A DNA stretch of 64,000 nucleotides, from IMG/VR virus record IMGVR_UViG_3300038443_002533, positions 208,471 to 272,470 of that record, one strand, 5' to 3'. The notes under the pieces were generated by a model. It made no database searches, had not been told where the DNA came from, and saw nothing but the letters and a program-made list of their open reading frames with translations. Origin of the DNA: a virus. Lineage: Duplodnaviria > Caudoviricetes. Both the position numbers and the translations under genes were made by a program. How positions within the stretch are numbered: the first letter of the stretch is position 1; each line of letters opens with the position of its first letter. Positions 19,057 through 28,294 of this stretch are shown piece by piece.

Positions 19057-21396
19057 GTGAGTTCAAATAACTATCAGATTTATATCAATCAAACCCTGCA
19101 ATTGGCGGAGACGATCGTCATCAAATCGTCTTACACCGCGCAAGCGCTCAATGCATGGGTGGAAGCGACTGGTCACACGACCGATCCCGATCCCACCACG
19201 TGGAAGTATTATCTCAATCTTGCAGGGGAATACCATAGCATCGACCAAGTGATGACGGTCGTCTCGCTGGATACCTTACAAGAGATCGTCTTTAACAAGG
19301 CGAACTTGGCGATCCATTCGGCCACGGCACGGGCGTACCAATACGGTAGCGATCAATACTCGCGCTTGATCCAACGCTATCCGAACCAAGAACAACTCAT
19401 CCTGGGGATCTTGTATCCGACGGATATTAACCTCGCGGTCAGTGCCAAGGATGGGCAGATTCTGTCTTATCCGCCAGGCCTGGTCGAGAGCAATGAATAC
19501 AGTTTGGTGCCGCGCTTACAGCGCTGGATTTACCATTTTAAACAGCGTTGGCATGTGCCGGGGTTCGACTATGTGGACGAACTCTACCACGCCACGATGT
19601 TGGGGTACATGTATGCCTTGTTGGTGCAAGCGATCCTCACCTACCGGGTGATGGCGTGTAACACCAATGAAGCGCACAGCTACCATGTGCGGGAATATCT
19701 GGCCAGTCACGGTTATCTCGATACGTACGCGAACAGCTTAACGCTGGAGCAATCGCTCTATTTCTACCGGAATATCGCTTACATCGAACACCATGCGGGG
19801 CGCAACGACACCTTCGACTCGTTAACCGAGCATATCATGACAAAACGGACTTTGCCGCTGGCAGAGTACACGATGAAGCATGACGTGACCGACCAAACGA
19901 CGACCTTGTATCCGGAAGTGATCTTCCGTAAACGTCAACTGAATCTCGGGATCGTATTGCCTAAGAACAATAAGATCAGCGTGAGTCAGATGCTGGAGAA
20001 AGAAGCGCCGCTGGCCAAAGGCAATACCTTGGATGTCAGTGACGTCACCGGCCAGATCACTGACGTGATGCAAAACTCGCCCTCCAACGTGGTAGCGACC
20101 AAGGTGCTCGAATCCTCGGTGGTGGATGAAACCAACAGCTCGCCCTGGATCCTCAGCGAGATTCTGTTTAACCACTGGTTGTACCTGAGCTGCGCGGGTT
20201 TGTATACCGCTTACGTGACGGTGACCAATCCCAAGACCAATGAAAAGATTCCCCTGACGGCCAAGGAAGCATTTACCTTGGCGTGGTATGTCTTTTCGAA
20301 AACCCTGAACGAGACCTTGGTCACGGTGCCTCGGGCGTACGCCAGCCGGGTGCAGATCATGCCGACTCCGAGCGTGGATGATATCTACGCGATCGTCGAC
20401 CACAAACTGATTGAGCGTGATGTGGCGGTGACGGCGTTGTCCCAGCAGCCGGTGATCAAGCCTTTGATTTCGATCGACGCGTTTTATGATCTCGGTTTTG
20501 CGATCAATGAAGCGGTGCAATTCCAACGCCGTTTGATTGCTCGACAACAACACTATGAACGACGTGCGCAAGTGCTCGGGATGGTGAGCCGGATCTACGA
20601 AGACACCTGGGTCGATCTGGAGCCTGCCGGTACCACGTACAGCAGCTGGCTATCGAGTCGGAATATCGATTTGTCCACGCTGTCGCGGGCGGACTTCCAA
20701 GTGATGTTTGACGACATCGTCGCGCAAGCCACCGGGGCGAGTTTGCATCCGGAGACGTCACTCAAGAGTCTGCAAAGTGCGATGGTGAATATGTTCACTC
20801 AGTTGTCATCGTACGGTATTCAAATCATTGCGGAAATCAATGACGCGAACATCCGGAAAACCGACTGGCCGGCCGTGCGGGTGGGGGATGTCATCAGTCA
20901 ACTGGAGTCCCATCCCCAGAACCCCGATGCGGCAATCGAGATTCAAGAGGTACGTGGCTCGACCTCGGTAGTGGTGGACATCCCCCTGAACCATCCTGCC
21001 ATTGGTCCGGATGTGGTGCAACATCCTCACCATCGGGTGGAGATCGATGTCGGTATGGACGGGGATTTGCTGGCACACCCGACTACGTATTACTTTGAGC
21101 GACCGATTGCCAACATCGGCATCACCAGTCCGGATCCGGCGAATATACCGATCCCGCGTGGTTGGATTCCGTTTGTGGGGATTGAGTACTTCTTGGGCTT
21201 GACGGCCGATCAGATCGGACAAATTACCGATCCGTACAATCCGACCAATCCGTATACCCCACCGACGAAGATCCCGCTGTCGCAAGTGGTGGTGATTCAA
21301 GAATTGCCGGGCTTGTGGTTGACCGATGCCGATCGCACCGAACCCCTCTCGCGCAGTGTTGAAAATATTTTGCTGGGTAAAACGTACCCGCAGTAA
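19057..21396 (+). CDS. Virion structural protein (phiKZ gp128-like, possibly baseplate)
   Basis: GTG start, 779 aa; WKYYLNLAGEYH and FYRNIAYIEHHAGRNDTF segments typical of this conserved jumbo-phage protein. Confidence 0.6.
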   Translation: MSSNNYQIYINQTLQLAETIVIKSSYTAQALNAWVEATGHTTDPDPTTWKYYLNLAGEYHSIDQVMTVVSLDTLQEIVFNKANLAIHSATARAYQYGSDQYSRLIQRYPNQEQLILGILYPTDINLAVSAKDGQILSYPPGLVESNEYSLVPRLQRWIYHFKQRWHVPGFDYVDELYHATMLGYMYALLVQAILTYRVMACNTNEAHSYHVREYLASHGYLDTYANSLTLEQSLYFYRNIAYIEHHAGRNDTFDSLTEHIMTKRTLPLAEYTMKHDVTDQTTTLYPEVIFRKRQLNLGIVLPKNNKISVSQMLEKEAPLAKGNTLDVSDVTGQITDVMQNSPSNVVATKVLESSVVDETNSSPWILSEILFNHWLYLSCAGLYTAYVTVTNPKTNEKIPLTAKEAFTLAWYVFSKTLNETLVTVPRAYASRVQIMPTPSVDDIYAIVDHKLIERDVAVTALSQQPVIKPLISIDAFYDLGFAINEAVQFQRRLIARQQHYERRAQVLGMVSRIYEDTWVDLEPAGTTYSSWLSSRNIDLSTLSRADFQVMFDDIVAQATGASLHPETSLKSLQSAMVNMFTQLSSYGIQIIAEINDANIRKTDWPAVRVGDVISQLESHPQNPDAAIEIQEVRGSTSVVVDIPLNHPAIGPDVVQHPHHRVEIDVGMDGDLLAHPTTYYFERPIANIGITSPDPANIPIPRGWIPFVGIEYFLGLTADQIGQITDPYNPTNPYTPPTKIPLSQVVVIQELPGLWLTDADRTEPLSRSVENILLGKTYPQ

Positions 21397-21421
21397 CCTG
21401 ATCTGAAACTAGGAGAATGAA

Positions 21422-22264
21422 ATGGCAGAGAAAAGCACGCGCACCGTCTACGGTCTGTATCGACAAGTGTGTGCAAATCTGGGGATCCCGTTCACGCTGG
21501 CCCCGAACACCACGCTCAACGAGTTGCTGTCGGTGCAAGCCGATCGGGTGCCGGATGCCGGGGTGTATCCGACCGTGGGCTACCTGAGCCTGGGTAACGG
21601 TGGTCTGGCTGCGAGTCTGCTGGCGGATGGCAATCTGGCGATGATCCCGAAAGTGTTCCAAGCCACCAACGCCGCGCCCTACAGCCCGATCCCGCTGGTG
21701 CTGCGCGCGGTCGGCAATGACCTGACGCCGGATCAACGGGCGAACTACGCGCTGCGTCGTCTGGAAAACCGCAACGGTACGCCGTATATCGCCTACTACC
21801 TGAAGCGCCTGGACAAGACCAACCTGAACGCCGGTATGTTTTTAACCACCGTCGTAGATGGTGTGAAATCCACCGTGCCGTATGTGCCGGATTCGTCGGT
21901 ATTGCACCCAACCCCGCCGAACGTTTCGGCCGCTGGTGTGGTCACGGCCGACGGCAGTTACGTCAGCGCGTCGGCGCCGCTCAACGTGGTGCTCGATGCG
22001 AATGACACCACGGAACTGCTGAGCGTGTTCAGCATCATTTACCAAGACACCAACGCTGCGGTGATCTCGGAACTGGCGTTGTGCTCGGGCGTGGACCTGA
22101 TGGTCAGCGTCACCGACCCGGGTCAACCCTCGTTCAACATGAAAGAAGCGATCGCCGTCCAAGTCAGCGACCTGGTCAACATCGGCGCACCGCTGCAATT
22201 CAATGCCGACGGGGTGCAGTTCTCGCTGGACATGGGCGCGAGCGAGCCCCTTTACATCAGCTAA
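21422..22264 (+). CDS. Virion structural protein (phiKZ gp127-like)
   Basis: 280 aa, AGGAG RBS; NTTLNELL, YIAYYLKRL, AVISELALCSGVD. Confidence 0.6.
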   Translation: MAEKSTRTVYGLYRQVCANLGIPFTLAPNTTLNELLSVQADRVPDAGVYPTVGYLSLGNGGLAASLLADGNLAMIPKVFQATNAAPYSPIPLVLRAVGNDLTPDQRANYALRRLENRNGTPYIAYYLKRLDKTNLNAGMFLTTVVDGVKSTVPYVPDSSVLHPTPPNVSAAGVVTADGSYVSASAPLNVVLDANDTTELLSVFSIIYQDTNAAVISELALCSGVDLMVSVTDPGQPSFNMKEAIAVQVSDLVNIGAPLQFNADGVQFSLDMGASEPLYIS

Positions 22265-22295
22265 CCCACGCTGTCGATTCTTTAAGGTATTCATC

Positions 22296-22880
22296 ATGAT
22301 CCATGTCCCCGCGAACAGTGGGGATACATTCGCCATCTGCGGCACCGATCCCGGGACTCACACCCTCGGGCTCGGGGTGCTGCATGTGGACATGTACTCC
22401 TTGCAAATTCGTTCGTACGAAGCGTACACGCTGGTGGCCACCAAACTCATGGATGACGAGGATTTACTGGTGGCCAACCACGGACACACGTACGCCCGCA
22501 CCGATGCGCACAAAGACGCCTTGGTGAAATACTTCCGCCGGATCCGTCCCAGCGTGATCGCCTCGGAAGACGCGTTCTTCAACCGTCGTACTCCGGGTGC
22601 GTATGCACCGCTTTTGAAATCGATCAACAGCATCCGCGCCGCGGTGTTGGAATACGATCCTTTTATGCCGTTCACCCTGATTGAACCGTCGGTCATCAAG
22701 ACGGGAGTGGGGGCAGTGAACTGGTCGAAGAAGAACGGGACCAACAAGTCCTCGGTATTAGAAGCACTGAAAAACAATCGCGAATTCATGGTGCCTGGGA
22801 ATGCACCGCTAGATGCCTTGACCGAACACGCGGTCGATGGCTTAGCGATTGCCTATACCCGATTAAAACAAATACGTTAA
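22296..22880 (+). CDS. ruvC: RuvC-like Holliday junction resolvase
   Basis: GTDPGTHTLG (first catalytic Asp), IASEDAF (Glu), IKTGVG, HAVDGLAIA (C-terminal acidic motif). Confidence 0.85.
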   Translation: MIHVPANSGDTFAICGTDPGTHTLGLGVLHVDMYSLQIRSYEAYTLVATKLMDDEDLLVANHGHTYARTDAHKDALVKYFRRIRPSVIASEDAFFNRRTPGAYAPLLKSINSIRAAVLEYDPFMPFTLIEPSVIKTGVGAVNWSKKNGTNKSSVLEALKNNREFMVPGNAPLDALTEHAVDGLAIAYTRLKQIR

Positions 22881-22890
22881 GGAAACGATC

Positions 22891-23352
22891 ATGGAACTCT
22901 TTGCCAGCTGGGGTTTGAAGCACTGGGTAGGGTTGTTGGCGATGATTGCTGTCTTCTGTTTTGCCGGACGGTATGAATATCTGCGCCACCAAGTCACCAA
23001 GGACCAAACCACCATCGCCAACCAGAAAGTCACCATCGCAGCTCAAGACATCGCCATCACCAACGTGAAGGCAGCCGCCAAGCTCGATGAGCAAGTGCAG
23101 GTAGCGACGCAACAGGAAGTCAAGAAGGTCACGCAACGACATGAGACCATCCAGCGTAAGGTGGAAGCGCGGGTGCGGCAGATCGAACAGCATTACGTGG
23201 AGAGTCCCGCCAGTCCCGATAACGTGATTGCTGAATCCCAGCAACTCTCGAATGCTCGCATCGACGGGTTATGGGAAGCGTACTGCGCCACCAAACCCGA
23301 TGACACGTCCTGCCAACCGACTTACACCAATCCTGGAGAACCCCATGCGTAA
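22891..23352 (+). CDS. Inner-membrane spanin (Rz-like)
   Basis: N-terminal TM helix (WVGLLAMIAVFCFAG), long coiled coil, C-terminal Cys; overlaps a lipoprotein gene by 8 nt. Confidence 0.7.
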   Translation: MELFASWGLKHWVGLLAMIAVFCFAGRYEYLRHQVTKDQTTIANQKVTIAAQDIAITNVKAAAKLDEQVQVATQQEVKKVTQRHETIQRKVEARVRQIEQHYVESPASPDNVIAESQQLSNARIDGLWEAYCATKPDDTSCQPTYTNPGEPHA

Positions 23353-23797
23353 ACTACAAGCCCTGGTCAGCTACATCTTCCACCTGTTCAATGCGTTCGG
23401 CTTCGTGCTCGTGGCCGGCACCGCGACCGCCATGACCCTGTCGGGCTGCGTCACCACCCCCAAGCCCGTGGTGGTTACCCAAAACATCGTCGTTGCTCCC
23501 GCCGACAATCTGCTGGTGGATTGCGATGTAGCGGCCCCGCCACCCAAAGCCAGCTATCTGGCCACGACGGCGACGATCCCGGGCATCAACCCGAATACCA
23601 GCCTCCAGAAAGACGATGCCTTCTATCTGGTCCAATACGCCAAGACCATCAAAGCGCTGGAAGAGCGGGAACGCCAACTCACCGAACACGCTTTGAAGCA
23701 ATTCCAAAACCTCGATGCCTGCAACAAACGCTGGCAACAACTCCGAGCGTGGAAGGTCAACAGCGAAAAGCAATTTAACGCCCCGCAAAAGGAGTAA
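23345..23797 (+). CDS. Outer-membrane spanin lipoprotein (Rz1-like)
   Basis: Hydrophobic leader with lipobox LSG/C, Pro-rich segment (APADNLLVDCDVAAPPP), second Cys pair and coiled coil. Confidence 0.75.
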   Translation: MRKLQALVSYIFHLFNAFGFVLVAGTATAMTLSGCVTTPKPVVVTQNIVVAPADNLLVDCDVAAPPPKASYLATTATIPGINPNTSLQKDDAFYLVQYAKTIKALEERERQLTEHALKQFQNLDACNKRWQQLRAWKVNSEKQFNAPQKE

Positions 23798-23802
23798 GCA
23801 TA

Positions 23803-24348
23803 ATGCGCGTCATCGGACATGTCCTGCGTAAGATCGACAACGATAAACAACTCATGCAGCAAATTGCCCAGTCGCCTGCTGTGGCGGAATTGGTCAGCAA
23901 TTACAATGCATTGGCCGTGGTGGCCCAGGCTGCCGAAGACGAGCATCTCCAAATGGTGACCGGTGAAACGTATGGGCAGGAGTTTAAATACTACCTGACC
24001 CATATCCCCTCGATCGATCTGCACCGGTTACTCGATCGATATTTATCCCACTTCGCCCAATCCGACAAAGGCAACGCCACCCGTGAGCGCAACCAAGTCG
24101 AGAGTGAAGAAGGGGAAGGCTGTGGCGATGGTCACGACCATTACGAAACCGATACCGAAAAAGAAAACCGTCGCCAAAACAATTTCCTATTCAAGTGCCT
24201 GATGGCCAGTATCATGGTGACGTTCTTTGTGATCCTGGGTGCGGTGGTGGCAATCCTCACCCACAACCACACGGCCGATAACGCGGTGTTCAAAGCGATC
24301 ATGGGCACGGCTACCGAAGTCATCAAAATCATCTTTTCAACCAAATAA
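23803..24348 (+). CDS. Membrane protein with C-terminal hydrophobic helices
   Basis: FLFKCLMASIMVTFFVILGAVVAIL and a second amphipathic helix; follows the spanins. Confidence 0.6.
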   Translation: MRVIGHVLRKIDNDKQLMQQIAQSPAVAELVSNYNALAVVAQAAEDEHLQMVTGETYGQEFKYYLTHIPSIDLHRLLDRYLSHFAQSDKGNATRERNQVESEEGEGCGDGHDHYETDTEKENRRQNNFLFKCLMASIMVTFFVILGAVVAILTHNHTADNAVFKAIMGTATEVIKIIFSTK

Positions 24349-24353
24349 CTATC

Positions 24354-25046
24354 ATGCGACGTTTTCGTTCCCAAGCATTTAGCCAACTGTCCACTGAAGC
24401 GGAAGATGTCAGTGGTGTCATGAAGGCTGAGATCGAGCACATGTTCTACGCCCGCGTGGAATCCCCTGAAACGCTTTTAAACGCGATGTGCTGCGAAATC
24501 CAACAACAGTGGGGGTTGTGGCAAGACAAGACGGAAAAGAACGTTGGGTGCGGTTCTAATCGCGTCCGGAAGGTGATTAACAAACCGATCCATAACGGCC
24601 ACTTCGATACGATCAATGTCACCGAGCAAATCGTCTTGACCACCAAGCTTAAGCGTTCGGACGGCACGTCACTCGAAGTCTCGGTAGAAAGCACCGAACA
24701 CCAACTGCGGGCCTTCCAAGTCATGGCTGAATCGGGCATGATCAAGCACCGCTATCGGTTCCCGATTCCCGGCACGGCATTGAACTGGGAAGTCGACATG
24801 TTTGTCGAACCCGGACAATCGATGTACTCCACCAAGTACATCCAGTGGGCCAAGATCGATATCGAAGTCCCGTCGATGGATTACCCGATCCCCGATCTCC
24901 CGAGTGGCTTTCTGGACGCGTTCAATTCCAAGGTAGAGAACCCCACGCCAGAGCAACAGTCCATCATCGATCAGATGAAGGATTTCTTGAGTCTGCCGAA
25001 TCCCTACCTGGTCGAGACTTATCCCGACGTCATCAAGAAAGATTAA
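24354..25046 (+). CDS. CYTH/triphosphate-tunnel-like protein
   Basis: EIEHMF (ExE motif), KHRYRF, WEVDMF, KIDIEV. Confidence 0.65.
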   Translation: MRRFRSQAFSQLSTEAEDVSGVMKAEIEHMFYARVESPETLLNAMCCEIQQQWGLWQDKTEKNVGCGSNRVRKVINKPIHNGHFDTINVTEQIVLTTKLKRSDGTSLEVSVESTEHQLRAFQVMAESGMIKHRYRFPIPGTALNWEVDMFVEPGQSMYSTKYIQWAKIDIEVPSMDYPIPDLPSGFLDAFNSKVENPTPEQQSIIDQMKDFLSLPNPYLVETYPDVIKKD

Positions 25047-25085
25047 TACGATCCCTCCTAGCCTCACGGGCTAGGAGGGCGTATG
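25046..25085. terminator. Hairpin ending the structural/lysis block
   Basis: ATACG-AT-CCCTCCTAGCC-TCACG-GGCTAGGAGGG-CGTATG. Confidence 0.7.
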
Positions 25086-25473
25086 TTGTCGAGTGTTTAT
25101 GCTTCTATTAGTTTTTTACGGTTGAGTTAGCATACTGTGCAAACTTGGCGTTTGCAGGTTCGACGGTAGCGATCTCACTTATTTGATCGCTTGCGTTGTG
25201 GGGACATATCAGAGCCCCACCTAACCCTATCCCCCTATGCCCTCCGGTGCATGTGTGCAGATGTCTCTACCTATCTTTAGATCTAAGCTTTGGGGGTTTG
25301 GGGGCGACCGGACAGGGAGCCCCTTATAAAAGAGAATTGATAGAACACTAAGCCAGCCTAACAGGGCTGGCGTTATGACGACAAAACCATGTGGAGCTAG
25401 AAATTTTCAAAACCATATAACTAGCGTGAACTGGAATTGGAATGTTCCTATAACCAACAATAAAGGAAAGACC

Positions 25474-25647
25474 ATGTGCAACGAACAACAAGTTAACCAG
25501 GCTGTAACGGTCGAATCTACTCCGGCGATGACGTACCAGTATCGCTGCGGTTACTGTGGCTCGACCGAGCTTCCGATTCCGTACGAGCAAATGTTTGGAC
25601 CCGGTGCTATTGGCTGGGACTGCTGCCCGGATTGTGGTGGCGTTTAA
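25474..25647 (+). CDS. Small zinc-ribbon protein (57 aa)
   Basis: CGYC...CPDC; leader motif. Confidence 0.6.
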   Translation: MCNEQQVNQAVTVESTPAMTYQYRCGYCGSTELPIPYEQMFGPGAIGWDCCPDCGGV

Positions 25648-25669
25648 TAATTAACAACAAGGGATTATC

Positions 25670-25894
25670 ATGTCGACCGCCGTTAGCAAAATTATTCATC
25701 TGTTTAACCATCTGACCGAACAACAGCAGGAAGAACTGAAAACGGATCTGCATTTGATCCAGCAAGTCAGTGCCGCCAGTGATGGTGAGACGCTTTACCA
25801 AGGGGCACCGAAGGCTCACCTTAATGATCGTAGGCGGGCGGCGCTGGCTCTGTCGCGGGTAACTGAACAACTGCTGCATAATCTTTCTCACTAA
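25670..25894 (+). CDS. Hypothetical protein
   Basis: 74 aa; leader motif with RBS. Confidence 0.6.
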   Translation: MSTAVSKIIHLFNHLTEQQQEELKTDLHLIQQVSAASDGETLYQGAPKAHLNDRRRAALALSRVTEQLLHNLSH

Positions 25895-25909
25895 TAACAA
25901 GGGGATATC

Positions 25910-26209
25910 ATGACTTATGCACAATGCACGGTATTGCAAACGCTCAATTACGACGTTGAACGGTTGGATGTAAGCGCTTCGATGTATCGGGCGTTTACCC
26001 TGTACGCGAAAGAAGAAGCGGCGAAAGCCATTCAGCGCTTCCTGGATGCGGAGTCCCGTTATGGTGCTCACTCGCCGGTCGCTACAAAGCTGTTGGGTGA
26101 AGCGATGGAATACCAGACCGCATACATGCGGCTCAATCTTCAGTTCCAAGATAATCTGGACGAATACGAACAAGCGCTCGAAGCACGGATCGCTTACCTT
26201 TACCGCTAA
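25910..26209 (+). CDS. Hypothetical helical protein
   Basis: 99 aa; leader motif with RBS. Confidence 0.6.
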   Translation: MTYAQCTVLQTLNYDVERLDVSASMYRAFTLYAKEEAAKAIQRFLDAESRYGAHSPVATKLLGEAMEYQTAYMRLNLQFQDNLDEYEQALEARIAYLYR

Positions 26210-26222
26210 CCGAGGAGAAACC

Positions 26223-26609
26223 ATGTATCCGCGCCGTAATGAGAAGTACTCGTACGAAGCCATCAGCCAGATGGATCTGCCGGATTCCCCGCACCTGTGC
26301 TTCTGGCACGATGGGATGTGGGTGCCGATTCAGGATAGCTGTGCGACCACGGCCGATACGCTCGGCATCCCGGGCTTTGCTCAAACCGAATGGCGTTATG
26401 GTCATACCACGGATGAGCTGATTCCGATCTTTTACTACGCCAGCGAAACGCCGATCACCGAGTTCGTCACCATCGAACCGATGCTGCATCCGCTCGATGA
26501 TCAGGACAAGTGGTGGGCGACCTTCATTCGCTATCCGCAACCGCAGTTCGGCAGTGAAGCCACCCAGAGTCAAGCGGGCACCATCCACGTCTATCTCGGC
26601 GGGGAATAA
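26223..26609 (+). CDS. Hypothetical protein
   Basis: GAGGAG RBS before ATG 26223; 128 aa. Confidence 0.55.
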   Translation: MYPRRNEKYSYEAISQMDLPDSPHLCFWHDGMWVPIQDSCATTADTLGIPGFAQTEWRYGHTTDELIPIFYYASETPITEFVTIEPMLHPLDDQDKWWATFIRYPQPQFGSEATQSQAGTIHVYLGGE

Positions 26610-26690
26610 AACCCAGAGAGTAATCTCGTAACCTGTTTGATAAGAGCAGGTTATGGGGATGCACTCTCGCATCTTACCTAAGGAGTAATC

Positions 26691-26813
26691 ATGAAACTGT
26701 ATCAACGAATCGCTGCGATCATCTGTTGTTTGGTGCTGTTCGTGTATGGCGTCAGTGAGCTGTACCACACTTTCGCTGACGACGAACCGCAACAATGCGC
26801 ATCGTGCGAGTAA
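26691..26813 (+). CDS. Small single-pass membrane peptide (40 aa, not in ORF track)
   Basis: AAGGAG RBS; MKLYQRIAAIICCLVLFVYGVSELY...CASCE. Confidence 0.55.
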   Translation: MKLYQRIAAIICCLVLFVYGVSELYHTFADDEPQQCASCE

Positions 26814-26814
26814 T

Positions 26815-26850
26815 CTCCTAGCCTGTTCCCCGCGAACAGGTTAGAGGATG
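26815..26850. terminator. Hairpin in accessory block
   Basis: CTCCTAGCCTGTTC-CCCGC-GAACAGGTTAGAGG; no T-tract. Confidence 0.45.
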
Positions 26851-26892
26851 GGCTTGCCATCTCTAATAACTAACAACATGAAAGGATTTACC

Positions 26893-27249
26893 ATGAATTC
26901 CGTTTTGAATGCTTTTAATACGCGTTTCGCTGACATTAACAACGTGCAGCATCGCGCACAACCCGCTACGCGGATCTTCGATATCGTGCATCACGCCGAC
27001 GTCTCGGCGTTGAAGCGTGACCAAGTGCTGGCAGGTAACAGTCTGGAGCGTTATCCGTTCCTGGCGATCAATACCCTGGATGGCGCGTTTGTGATGTACA
27101 ACAACGCCAATGGCGAAATCGTGTACTTCTGCCCGCCGTCGTTCGCGAATCTCGCGACAGTCAAACAGGCAGGCTTCCGTACGTTCGGTACGATCGATAC
27201 GCTGGATATGTTCAACCATATCTTCGCTATCCCGGATTCGTATCTGTGA
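26893..27249 (+). CDS. Hypothetical protein
   Basis: Leader motif with AAAGGA; 118 aa. Confidence 0.6.
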   Translation: MNSVLNAFNTRFADINNVQHRAQPATRIFDIVHHADVSALKRDQVLAGNSLERYPFLAINTLDGAFVMYNNANGEIVYFCPPSFANLATVKQAGFRTFGTIDTLDMFNHIFAIPDSYL

Positions 27250-27260
27250 AAGGATCGACC

Positions 27261-27518
27261 ATGCAATCGCAAGAAATGAAATGGAACGCTGACGATTCCC
27301 TCACGTTGGCGTACTTCCTGTTCGGCGTCGCCCTGCGCGAAGTGGTGATGCTGCTGGCGTTGGGGTTCATGCTGCTGATGGTGCTGTACCATATGTTCCC
27401 GGAAGGTTGGTTCCAAGCCGTGTGCTGGGACCTGCGGGAAGGTCGACGGGCTTACAACGACGTGTTCGGTAAGAAGCTCGCAGACAAAATCAAGATTCAC
27501 ATCGTTCAACTCGACTAG
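27261..27518 (+). CDS. Small membrane protein
   Basis: AAAGGA RBS; hydrophobic stretch LTLAYFLFGVALREVVMLLALGFMLLMVLY. Confidence 0.55.
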   Translation: MQSQEMKWNADDSLTLAYFLFGVALREVVMLLALGFMLLMVLYHMFPEGWFQAVCWDLREGRRAYNDVFGKKLADKIKIHIVQLD

Positions 27519-27527
27519 GAGAAAGTA

Positions 27528-27884
27528 ATGAAAAAGGTTATGTTGGCCCTCCAAGACGGCATCTTCATGACGCTGGGTGTCATGTGGCGCAATCTGTGGT
27601 ATGGGGTCAGTCCGCTGTGGGTGTATGCGTTTATCCCGACGTGGCTGAGTCTCGGTGGCTTGTTCCTGATGGGGCAAGTCCAGCCGCAATACCAGGACAT
27701 GGTTCATCTGGCGTTGCTGAGTACCGGCCTGAGTTGGGCGGGGTGGCTCATGGCCAACGTCTTATGCGCCTCCGTCTCGCGTTACCACTACTTTCTGTGG
27801 GTGATCCACGAGTGCAAAAAATACAACGATCGAGCGGCCCAACCTCCTGCCCCGTTGTGGCTGGAATTGCAACGCATCACGTAA
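27528..27884 (+). CDS. Multi-pass membrane protein
   Basis: AGGAG RBS; two to three hydrophobic Trp-rich segments. Confidence 0.55.
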   Translation: MKKVMLALQDGIFMTLGVMWRNLWYGVSPLWVYAFIPTWLSLGGLFLMGQVQPQYQDMVHLALLSTGLSWAGWLMANVLCASVSRYHYFLWVIHECKKYNDRAAQPPAPLWLELQRIT

Positions 27885-27894
27885 AGGAGTGATC

Positions 27895-28218
27895 ATGCGT
27901 ATCTTCATGTTGTTCCTGCTGTTGCTGTTGGGTCAAGGGAGTTTCGCCGCCCAAGACCAAGCCTTCATGCTGCGCGATTATAAACATCGTGCTTACTACC
28001 CTGCCTACCAAGCCAACAACATGACGCGCCATGCCCTCGGGGGCATGGCGTATGCCATGCGGCATTGTAAAATGGTGGACCGGTTAAGCTTCATCAAGAA
28101 CGAAAAGCTCGCCTACGATTCTAACATCGCTGGCGCGTTTTATTGCGTTCAACCGCGTGGCTTACGGACTTATGCAGTGGTCAAACGTTTTAAGCGACCA
28201 CACCGTAAAACACGATAA
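27895..28218 (+). CDS. Putative exported protein
   Basis: Signal-peptide-like MRIFMLFLLLLLGQGSFAA; AAGGAG RBS; two Cys. Confidence 0.55.
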   Translation: MRIFMLFLLLLLGQGSFAAQDQAFMLRDYKHRAYYPAYQANNMTRHALGGMAYAMRHCKMVDRLSFIKNEKLAYDSNIAGAFYCVQPRGLRTYAVVKRFKRPHRKTR

Positions 28219-28294
28219 GTAAGAAAAATACTGACGTATCACATTGACTGGGTAGACATACCTGGTTGGATAACTAACAACAAAGGATATTTCC

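Noticed and set aside
23803-24348. Assigning this membrane protein as the holin because it follows the spanins
   Set aside because: A large soluble N-domain and no adjacent endolysin; evidence is insufficient beyond membrane protein.
25125-25180. GGTTCGA resembling a tRNA T-loop
   Set aside because: The bases after the loop (GTAGC) cannot pair with GCAGG, and no acceptor, D or anticodon arms could be built.
25375-25473. Upstream ORF-track extensions (e.g. 25375, 26046, 30870, 31762, 34029, 59160, 59638)
   Set aside because: Downstream ATGs carry the leader motif/RBS or couple to the previous gene, and the extensions overlap other genes or intergenic signals.
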